Assembly (NCBI GenBank): GCA_963422375.2
Contig: OY729427.2
Span: 64,001 to 128,000 of the forward strand
Direction of reading: 5' to 3'
DNA: 64,000 bases
From: Bryobacterales bacterium
GTDB taxonomy: Bacteria; Acidobacteriota; Terriglobia; Bryobacterales; UBA6623
Numbering within the stretch: position 1 is the first letter of the stretch; every line of letters begins with the position of its first letter. A program made the translations under genes and the position numbers. Shown here in pieces: positions 9,202 through 17,039 of this stretch. The notes beneath the pieces were generated by a model that saw nothing but the letters and a program-made list of their open reading frames with translations, made no database searches and was not told the origin of the DNA.

Positions 9202-11059
9202 GTGCTTGTGACAAAACCCTGATATTTTGGGTATTCTAGCTGATAGATCCCCACCAAATGATAGCTATGGAAGAAACAGTCTGCGCCAATTAACCGAACT
9301 CATTGCCTCATATTCCATTTTCATTGTGAGGATACAGTTAGTTCTGTTCTAGTTGTACACTTTTCCTGAACCTTGTCTCTTCAAGGTTTCAATTCAGGGC
9401 AATTCAGATCGCTGCCGACTGCCTATGCAGCCAGCGGCAAGGGTCCCGTCTTGAGACGCTCCCTCTCTCTGTCGCGCACGATCCGGCCCGCTCGATGCAC
9501 GTTCGCCGCCAGGACCGCTAGCCCGATCATCCGCTCGAATCCCTCCGCTCCCCGGTCCATCACCCTGTCCGGACCGCGGCACTCGAGATTGTTGATCGCG
9601 GACTCCACGGCCGGGTGCGCCTGCCTCGCTGCCACGAATTCGGGCGCGCATTCCGTCGCCTTCGCCGCCTTCGACAGCCTCCCCTTCCGCGGCATCGCGT
9701 GGCACGACAGCAGTTCCGCCAAGCGCGTCCGGTTCGCCGGGCTGCGAAAGCCCTTGTCGAAGCTGCAGCTCGACAACCCCGCGTACAGCCCCTGCGCGCC
9801 CTCGACGATTCCCACCGCTACGTCCGCGTCGCTCCCCTTGCACATCACTTCGTGATTCATCACGAATCGGTGCTCGCTTTCCACGATGCATACCGGAACG
9901 CCCGGCTCCACCGGCACCCCCGCTTTTCCTTTCACGCACCAGCGCGTGTGTTCCTCGAAGATCGAGAACACTTGCTCCTCGTGCGGGATCTTCTCCCCCC
10001 GCAGCACGCGCCGCTCCACCGGGTCCGCCAGGAGCTGCACGCACCCGAGGTAACTCCTTGCCGCTCGCAAGGTTCCCTCGTCTTCCCCGGCCTGCGCCAG
10101 GGCCGCCAGCGCACCCTCCGCCCGCCGCGCTATCTCCAGGGCCGCCTCCAGGTACGACCGCACCCTCTCCGGGTTGCCTTGCCTCCTCTTCGCCTGCCGC
10201 ACCCGGTTGAATTCCTGCTTCAGCGTCTTCGGCAGCCGCGCGCTCTGCCGCCAGCCCGCGATACCGCGCCCCTTGCACAGCGGCGCAATAGAGCGAATCA
10301 GGCAGCGCAACGCGTCCCGCAGCAGACTCACCTCCGTCGGGTAATGCACGTTCGTTTCCACCGCGAAAGAGTCGCACCGCGCCTTCAGCGGATCGCCTTC
10401 CTCGCGCCCCGCCAGCGCGTGCCCTTCCTGCACCACCAGCTGATTGATTTCCGCGAGGAGGTCGGGCGTGAGAAGCTTCGGATTCCGGTTGACTGTCCGG
10501 TAGCTGAAGACCTGCTCGTCGAGCGTCGCGTTCAGACCGAGGAAGCGCCGGACGTCCGCGTGCTTGTTCGCCAGCTCCGTCACGCGGCCGTAGTCGCAAT
10601 TCAATCCCTGCTTGAGCAGGCCCGGGACGAGAATATTCCACAGCTGCATGCCGGGACGACCGACAGCAGGGTTGATCCTGCCGGACTCGCCTGCGGAAGG
10701 ATCGCTTCCGTTCTCGCCGTTCCCGCCGTTCCCGCTACTCTCACCGAGGCCGAGGATACGGCTCTCGAGCAGTCCGAAAACCCTGTCCCGCAACTCCTCG
10801 GTGGGATAGATGAATTGTATTCCTAGCAAGATGGCCGGGATATCTTCGCGGGAACGGACGTCGAGATCGATATCCTCGATTGCAGTCCGGCCAAGGGTGA
10901 GCTGGCTCTCCTGAACGGTCCTCACGGGCGGTTCCTCAACGAAGATTGTCGCACAACCCCCGGAAACGCGCAAGCCGGCCCGGATCGCCCCGATCTTCGT
11001 CCCACGGACCTGCTGCAACCTCCCGGAAACTAAGAGCTTGCGCGTTCTGTCACAAGCAC
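9202..11059 (-). mobile_element. ISNCY element, ISDol1-like, 1858 bp, TATATA TSD
   Basis: TIRs GTGCTTGTGACA / TGTCACAAGCAC; TATATA at 9196-9201 and 11060-11065; size and 6-bp DR fit the ISDol1 group as I recall it. Confidence 0.82.
9423..10925 (-). CDS. ISNCY-family transposase
   Basis: GTG start with GAGGA RBS; GRPGMQLWNIL, RCDSFAVETNVHYPT, SFDKGF, HPAVESAINNLE; open frame with suspicious Pro substitutions. Confidence 0.82.
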   Translation of the reverse strand: MRTVQESQLTLGRTAIEDIDLDVRSREDIPAILLGIQFIYPTEELRDRVFGLLESRILGLGESSGNGGNGENGSDPSAGESGRINPAVGRPGMQLWNILVPGLLKQGLNCDYGRVTELANKHADVRRFLGLNATLDEQVFSYRTVNRNPKLLTPDLLAEINQLVVQEGHALAGREEGDPLKARCDSFAVETNVHYPTEVSLLRDALRCLIRSIAPLCKGRGIAGWRQSARLPKTLKQEFNRVRQAKRRQGNPERVRSYLEAALEIARRAEGALAALAQAGEDEGTLRAARSYLGCVQLLADPVERRVLRGEKIPHEEQVFSIFEEHTRWCVKGKAGVPVEPGVPVCIVESEHRFVMNHEVMCKGSDADVAVGIVEGAQGLYAGLSSCSFDKGFRSPANRTRLAELLSCHAMPRKGRLSKAAKATECAPEFVAARQAHPAVESAINNLECRGPDRVMDRGAEGFERMIGLAVLAANVHRAGRIVRDRERERLKTGPLPLAA

Positions 11060-11138
11060 TATATATCTGAGTGCCGAGGGAATCAAGTCGGCAAATTATC
11101 AAGCCATAATAAGATTTCATATTTCTTCCGACTTTCCG

Positions 11139-11168
11139 TTGACATTCTGTAGTGTTTCTTGGTAGAAT
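11139..11168 (+). promoter_or_regulatory. sigma70-like promoter of the IS1595 transposase
   Basis: TTGACA-N18-TAGAAT; both hexamers conserved at 23341-23370 (+) and 54099-54128 (-) while the spacer differs. Confidence 0.65.
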
Positions 11169-11191
11169 AGTTCCAGTATGGGATACCGTAA

Positions 11192-12160
11192 ATGAAGAAA
11201 CAAGATCCCGGAAAGTGGTTCCGTAAAGGCATCACATTGATCGAAGTGATCGCCATGTTCCCCGATGACGAATCCACGGAAAGATGGTTCGCTGCCATGC
11301 GCTGGCCAGGACGGCCCCGCGTGCCCCCACTGCCGCGGCTCCAGCGTGCAGTCCGGCACGGCCCACCCTTCGATGCCGTACCGTTGCCGCGGCTGCGGCA
11401 AGCGCTTTTCCGTGCGCACCGGCAGCGTGATGGCCGACACCAAGCTCGGCTACCGCACCCGGGCCGTCGCCCTGTTCCTGCTGACCACCGGCATCAAGGG
11501 CGTCTCGAGCATGCAGCTGCACCGCGACCCGGGCATCAGCCGGAAGTCGGCCTGGCACCTGGCTCACCGCATCCGTGCGTGCCGGGAGCGGGATCAGGGC
11601 CTGTTCGCCGGCCCGGTGGAGGTCGACGAGACCTACGTCGGCGGCAAGGAACGCAACCAGCACGAGAGCAAGAAGGCCCGCGCCGGGCGCGGGCCCGTCG
11701 GCAAGACCCCGGTGGCGGGCGCGCGGGACCGCGCCACGAACGCAGCGGCCGCGCGGCCGCTGCCGGGCACCGCCAAGGCCGACCTGCAGGGCTTCGTGCG
11801 CGGCCGGGTCGCGCCGGGCGCGCAGGTCCGCTCCGACGAGGCGGCGGCCTGCGCCGGCATGGCGGAGTTCCCGCACGAAGCCGTCAAGCACTCCGGCGGC
11901 GAGTACGTGCGCGGGGCGGCGCATACGAACGGCATCGAGTCGTTTTGGCCCCTGTTCAAGCGCGGCCTCTACGGAACCTATCACCGGATGAGCGTCCGTC
12001 ATCCGGGTCGCTACCTCACGCAGTTCGCGGGACGGTGCAACGACCGCGACTGCGACACGGCGGAACAACGGCGGAACAGATGCGGCGCATGGCGCCGGGC
12101 CTGGTCGGCCGGACGTTGACCTACCGGCAGCTGACCGGCAAGGCCGCGGTCGCGGCCTGA
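11192..12160 (+). pseudogene. IS1595-family transposase, frameshifted (~11308; 11-bp duplication 12057-12078)
   Basis: MKKQDPGKWFRKGITLIEVIAMFPDDE in one frame, catalytic core in another. Confidence 0.88.
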
Positions 12161-12754
12161 GGCGGCGCCCTCCGCGCCGAGCGCCGCAGCCCGCTGCCGA
12201 CGCACTCTTCACGCTCGGTGCGCTTCACGCTCGGTGCGAGGGGCGCGCCGGATCTGGAATCCCCCGGCGCGACCCGCGTCCGGCCCGGACCGTCCGTGCA
12301 GGCCGTCGAGCGCCGGGGATCCGCTGTCTTCGGCCCTCGCAGGGCACGCAATCGGCTTGCAAGGGGTGCTCTCCACCGCCAACCGGATTCCACCGGGCAT
12401 GCGAGGGGGCCTCTCTTATCCGTGCCTCGTCCATTCCGCTGGCAGCTTCGATTCAGCTACGATCCCACCTTGCTGTGCCTACCGCGGCCGCATTCGAATG
12501 ACCCGAGCCAGACGCCGACCTCCCTGCTCAGAGCAGTTCTCGTCGGACATGGCGTTGTCGGCACTCAGATATATAGTGCCCGTGACAAAACTCGTATCCC
12601 TTTGACAAAAAAGGCGTTAGGTCCAATCTCCCAAAGCGAATATTTCGCTGGAACGCTACGACTAGTCCGAAATCCTGGCGATTCTGGGTAGAGGTCGGAA
12701 ATCTTCGCGATTGGCGGCTGAGCAACTTCCGACCTTGGGCATTATATATCCTGA

Positions 12755-13702
12755 TTACCCACAAGACTCAGCCAAGGTTAGGAGGCGGTAAGGCATGGGC
12801 GGGGTGCGCACGGAGGCGTGGAGCAGGCGGGGGACCAGCGCCTCCAGGTCGTAGCGGCGGTTGAAGCGGTAGCGGAACTCGGCGAGGTACCGCGGCAGGT
12901 GCTTGCCGTCGAGCGCATGGCAGGTTCCCGCCGGGGACTGCTTGACGTTCGCCAGCATCGTGTTGACCCGGACGAAGCGCGAATCCGCGCAGCTCCGCTT
13001 CCCGCCTCCGGTGACGGTCGGCACGTGCTCGCAGCCGGCGCCGGCCACGCCCCGGAAGCAGGCCGGGCCGTCGGAACGCACCTCCGTGCCGGGCTGCAAG
13101 TGCCGCCCGGCCCATGCTGCCAGCGTCTTCTTGCGGCAGCCCGCCACGCCGCTCATGCGCATCCTTGCCGGCTTGCCGGCGGCGGTGACCTGCACGGCGG
13201 CGACGAACGGCGTCTTGCCTGCCGCGCCGCGCCCGCGCTTGCCGCCGGTCCGCTCCCCGCCCCGGCAGGCGTCGTCCACCTGCACGATGCCGCCCAGCGG
13301 CACGCGCTCGTCGCGCTCCTTCATCACTTGCAGGAGCTTGTGCTTCATCTTCCAGGCCGTGTTCCGGCTCACGCCCGGCTGCCGCGCCAGTTCCAGCGAC
13401 GAAACGCCGTGCTGGCCCTGCGTCAGCAGGTGCAGCGCCAGGAACCAGACGGTCAGCGGCAGCTTGGTGGCGGCGAAGATCGTGCCGGCGACGAGGGAGG
13501 TCCGGCGGTGGCAGGCGTGGCACTGCCGGAGCTTGCGGGAGCGGATGCGGCAGTGCCGGCGGGAGCCGCACTCCGGGCAGCGGAAGTCGTCCGGCCAGCG
13601 GGCGTTGAAGACGGCCTGCTCGCATGGCCCCTCGCTGCCGTAGCGCTGCAGGAACTTGCCCAGGCTGAGTCCCTTCTGGAATTGCACGCGATTGCGTTTC
13701 AT
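12755..13702 (-). CDS. IS1595-group transposase (probably inactive)
   Basis: MKRNRVQFQKGLSL, CPEC..CHAC, VQVDDA, RSDG, VNTMLANVK, YLAEFRYRFNRR. Confidence 0.85.
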   Translation of the reverse strand: MKRNRVQFQKGLSLGKFLQRYGSEGPCEQAVFNARWPDDFRCPECGSRRHCRIRSRKLRQCHACHRRTSLVAGTIFAATKLPLTVWFLALHLLTQGQHGVSSLELARQPGVSRNTAWKMKHKLLQVMKERDERVPLGGIVQVDDACRGGERTGGKRGRGAAGKTPFVAAVQVTAAGKPARMRMSGVAGCRKKTLAAWAGRHLQPGTEVRSDGPACFRGVAGAGCEHVPTVTGGGKRSCADSRFVRVNTMLANVKQSPAGTCHALDGKHLPRYLAEFRYRFNRRYDLEALVPRLLHASVRTPPMPYRLLTLAESCG

Positions 13703-13704
13703 CT

Positions 13705-15243
13705 GAGCCTTTTGCAAAAATCCCGAGCTCATAGCATTATCATTTAGTTAGTCTATTAAGTATTCGATATAATCAATGGAATAGAACTGTAGTAAATGTA
13801 GTTTTAATGGCTTATCATGCGTTTTGAGTTTCCTGGAAATCCCTTGCCATCCGTGCTATTATTGTAATGCAAGCCTAGTAAGCAGCTGGCAGGATTCAAC
13901 GAATATGTCCTTGATAGAAACCGTATCCGCGTACTGGTTCACGTTCCAGCAGGGGCTGTTCCCCTGGCTCGAGCAGGAACTCGGCCCCCTCGGCGAGCGC
14001 TACCGCAGCTTCGTCCAAGCGGTGGAACGGGCGCAGGTCGAGGACTGCCTGCCCGTCGGGCAGGGCGGCCGCGGCCGCCCCCTCGAAAGCCGCGCCGCCA
14101 TGGCGCGCGCCTTCATCGCCAAGGCCGTCTTCGACCAGCCCGCTACGCGCTCGCTGGTCGAGCGCCTGCAGACCGATCGCACCCTGCGCCGACTGTGCGG
14201 CTGGGACCTGGCCGGGGCCGTGCCCGGCGAGGCAACCTTCTCGCGCGCCTGCGCCGAGTTCGCCGCCGGCGAACTGCCCGGACGCTTGCACCAGGCGCTG
14301 CTCGCGCGGACGCTCGACGGCCGCTTGGCAGGGCACGTCTCCCGCGACTCGACCGCCATCGAGGGCCGCGAGCGGCCCGCCGGGAAGCCCGCGCCGGAAC
14401 CGGAGCCGAAACGCAAGCGCGGGCGCCCTCGCAAGGGCGAGCAGCGGCCGCCCGCTCCGCGCCGACTGGCGCGGCAGCCCGACATGAATCTCGAAGCAAT
14501 GCTGCACGACCTGCCGCAGGACTGCGATACCGGCACCAAGCGCAACGCCAAGGGCCGTACCGTCAGCTGGCGCGGCTACAAGCTGCATATCGACGCGATC
14601 GACGGCGGGATCCCGGTCAGCTGCCTGCTCACCTCGGCTTCGCTGCACGACAGCCAGGCCGCGATCCCGCTGGCGACACGGACCGCGGGCCGCGTCGACA
14701 ATCTGTACGACCTGATGGACAGCGCGTACGACGCGGCCGGGATCCGGGCCTTCAGCAAGCGGCTCGGGCACGTGCCGCTCATCGCTGTCAACCCGCGCGG
14801 CCGGACGGAGCTGCAGGCGGATCTGGCACGGGAGGCCAAGGCGCTGCGCAGCGCCGGGCGGGCGGAGCCCGCGCAGCTGCGCTACCGGGAGCGCTCGACG
14901 GTGGAGCGTGTCAACGGCCGCCTGAAGGACGATTGCGGCGGGCGCCGCGTGCGCGTCCGCGGCAAGGTGCTGTGCCACCTCCTGTTCGGCGTGCTCGCGC
15001 TGACGGTCGCGCAGCTCCTGCGCCTGGCGCTCCGAGAGCCCGGGCCGCCGGGACAGCCGCGAAGAGCGCCCGCCCGCAGGGCCGGGCCGGGAGAGCTGCG
15101 CCTGCACGCGGCCGCTCCCCGCAGGAGCGCCCCGCAGCCGAGCAAGCCCAGCTGAAGGGAGTCTTTTTCGGCGAGAATAACAGCCCGGAAACTAGTCGTT
15201 CATGGGGCGGTCAGCCCTCTTTTCTGAATTTTGCAAAAGGCTT
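13705..15243 (+). mobile_element. IS5/IS1182-like element, 15-bp TIRs, 4-bp TSD ATCT
   Basis: GAGCCTTTTGCAAAA / TTTTGCAAAAGGCTT; ATCT at 13701-13704 and 15244-15247; the uninterrupted site is visible in the sister copy near 46200-46215. Confidence 0.83.
13905..15155 (+). CDS. DDE transposase (IS5/IS1182-like)
   Basis: SRDSTAIE, GYKLHID, SLHDSQAAIPL, LMDSAYDA, YRERSTVERVNGRLK; the tail after CGA 15033-15035 looks like stop-codon readthrough. Confidence 0.82.
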   Translation: MSLIETVSAYWFTFQQGLFPWLEQELGPLGERYRSFVQAVERAQVEDCLPVGQGGRGRPLESRAAMARAFIAKAVFDQPATRSLVERLQTDRTLRRLCGWDLAGAVPGEATFSRACAEFAAGELPGRLHQALLARTLDGRLAGHVSRDSTAIEGRERPAGKPAPEPEPKRKRGRPRKGEQRPPAPRRLARQPDMNLEAMLHDLPQDCDTGTKRNAKGRTVSWRGYKLHIDAIDGGIPVSCLLTSASLHDSQAAIPLATRTAGRVDNLYDLMDSAYDAAGIRAFSKRLGHVPLIAVNPRGRTELQADLAREAKALRSAGRAEPAQLRYRERSTVERVNGRLKDDCGGRRVRVRGKVLCHLLFGVLALTVAQLLRLALREPGPPGQPRRAPARRAGPGELRLHAAAPRRSAPQPSKPS

Positions 15244-15426
15244 ATCTGCTAGCCCCTTTCCTAGCAGAGATTTCCGACCTCCTTCAGTATAGCATATCCT
15301 CGGCTGACGTTCGTTGGTAATCAGGTTATATATTGTGCTTGGAGCTTCAACTGACCTCAGGATGTAGTATGAAATGCTGATCGGGCCAGAATTCAGGGGT
15401 CTTGTCACAAGCACTATATAATTCCC

Positions 15427-15585
15427 AAAAAGATCGGGCAGCTGCGACCGTCCCGCTGCCGGGATCTCGCCGACTGCACGGACTGGCCCTGCCGTCTACC
15501 TACCCGAAGGCCCCGCTGCGCGACTCCCTGTGCCCGGGGCTTCCGTTTGTCGAGTCCGACTCATGGGGCATGGGCAGGCCGCGCC
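15427..15585. repeat. ~160-bp copy of the putative IS110 5' end seen at 42212-42370
   Basis: Collinear near-identity AAAAAGAT...CTGCGACCGTCCCGCTGCCGGG...ATGGGGCATGGGCAG. Confidence 0.8.
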
Positions 15586-15611
15586 CGCGGGCAGCTGCAG
15601 GGTCGCACCTC

Positions 15612-17039
15612 TCAAGCGAGCGCGCCTCGGATTACGTGGCCTTCCGTGTCGGTCAGCCGGAAGCGGCGGCCTTGGAACCGATACACCAGCCTCTCGTGGT
15701 CGATGCCCAGCAGGTGCAGGATCGTCGCCTGCACGTCGTGGACGGGGACCGCTCCCTCCGCGACGTTGAAGCCGTACTCGTCCGTTGATCCGTGGACGTG
15801 CCCGGCCCTGATGCCCGCGCCGGCCATCCAGATCGAGAAGCACCGGCCGTGGTGGTCTCGACCGTAGTTGTCCGGCTTGGGGTCGCCTTGCGCGTACGGC
15901 GTGCGCCCGAATTCCCCGGCCCAGACCACAAGCGTGTCGTCGAGAAGCCCTCGCTCTTTCAGGTCGCGGACCAGTGCCGCGGAAGGCTGGTCGGTGTCGC
16001 GCGCCGACACGGGCAGGCGCTTGGGCAGCTCGCCGTGATGGTCCCAGCCGCGGTGGTAGAGCTGGACGAATCGCACGTCGCGCTCCGCGAGCCGACGGGC
16101 CAGCAGGCAGTTGGCGGCAAACGTGCCCGGCTTGCGCGAGTCCGGACCGTACAACTCGTATATCGATTCCGGCTCGGACCCGACGTCCATGAGCTCCGGG
16201 ACGCTCGCCTGCATGCGGTAGGCCATCTCGTACTGCTCGATGCGCGTCTCGATCTCCGGATCCCCGACCTGGCGGTAGTGCAGCTTGTTTAGCGCGGCTG
16301 CCGCGTCCAGCGTCATGCGGCGGCGTTCGCGGGTCATGCCGGGCGGGTCGCTCAGGTAGAGCACCGGATCCCCCTTGGACCGGAATTGCACGCCCTGGTG
16401 GCGGCTCGGCAGGAATCCGGCGCCCCACAGCCGGGCCAGCAGGCCCTGCCCGCCGGGCCCCTCGCTGGCGACCGAATGCAGCACGACGAAGGCGGGCAGG
16501 TTCTCGTTGGCGCTGCCCAGCCCGTAGTCGATCCAGGCCCCCATGCTCGGCCGGCCCGGCAGCTGGCTGCCGGTCTGGAAGAACGTGATCGCGGGGTCGT
16601 GGTTAATCGCCTCCGTATGCACGGACCGGATCAGGCAGATCTCGTCCGCGATACCCGCGGTGTGCGGCAGGAGCTCGCTGAGCTCGATGCCGCTCTGCCC
16701 GTGCCGCTTGAAGGAGTACTTCGTGGGCATCACTTGAAAGCGCTCTTGGTGCGCGACCATGCCCGTCACGCGCTGGCCCCGGAACACCGACTCGGGCACG
16801 TCCTCGCCGAACCGCTCCCTCAGCAGCGGCTTGGAATCGAACAGATCCACGTGCGAGGGGCCTCCCGACTGGAAGAGGAAAATCACGCGCTTCGCCTTGG
16901 GAGCGAAGTTCGGGAAGTCGCCGCCCTGGGCCGCCTCCGACGCACCCAGCGCGTGAAGGCCGATCGCGCCCACGCCGTAGGCGGAGCGCACCAAAAGGTC
17001 GCGGCGCGTCAGATAGCGGGCAGGTCCGTGCATGGTCAT
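15612..17039 (-). CDS. DUF1501 protein (Tat-like signal)
   Basis: TRRDLL, KAKRVIFLFQSGGPSHVDLFD, NHDPA, WDHH, GEFGRTP, GRDHH. Confidence 0.92.
   Translation of the reverse strand: MTMHGPARYLTRRDLLVRSAYGVGAIGLHALGASEAAQGGDFPNFAPKAKRVIFLFQSGGPSHVDLFDSKPLLRERFGEDVPESVFRGQRVTGMVAHQERFQVMPTKYSFKRHGQSGIELSELLPHTAGIADEICLIRSVHTEAINHDPAITFFQTGSQLPGRPSMGAWIDYGLGSANENLPAFVVLHSVASEGPGGQGLLARLWGAGFLPSRHQGVQFRSKGDPVLYLSDPPGMTRERRRMTLDAAAALNKLHYRQVGDPEIETRIEQYEMAYRMQASVPELMDVGSEPESIYELYGPDSRKPGTFAANCLLARRLAERDVRFVQLYHRGWDHHGELPKRLPVSARDTDQPSAALVRDLKERGLLDDTLVVWAGEFGRTPYAQGDPKPDNYGRDHHGRCFSIWMAGAGIRAGHVHGSTDEYGFNVAEGAVPVHDVQATILHLLGIDHERLVYRFQGRRFRLTDTEGHVIRGALA

Larger units (their letters stand above)
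12750..15325 (-). mobile_element. IS1595-group element (CCTGATT ends), 8-bp TSD TTATATAT, itself interrupted
   Basis: CCTGATTACC at 12750, GGTAATCAGG ending 15325; TTATATAT at 12742-12749 and 15326-15333. Confidence 0.9.
12576..15414. mobile_element. Second copy of the 255-bp MITE (opposite orientation), interrupted by an IS1595-group element
   Basis: 12576-12749 + 15334-15414 = 255 bp, reverse-complement homologue of 5194-5448; TATATA at 12570-12575 and 15415-15420. Confidence 0.85.
9190..15426 (+). mobile_element. IS1595-family element (core 11066-12569) with both TIRs split by inserted elements
   Basis: GGGAAT-TATATA[9202-11059]TATATA-TCTGAGTGCCG ... CGGCACTCAGA-TATATA[12576-15414]TATATA-ATTCCC. 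Confidence 0.88.

Noticed and set aside
10926..11120. N-terminal extension of the ISNCY transposase ORF, and ORF 5167-5460 fused to DUF1501
   Set aside because: Chance read-through across element boundaries.
3563..15426. GGGAATTATATAATTCCC as a chromosomal palindromic landing pad or integron-like cassette array
   Set aside because: Uninterrupted elements (52808-54213, 23256-24650) show the half-sites are IS1595 TIR ends; no empty palindrome or integrase seen.
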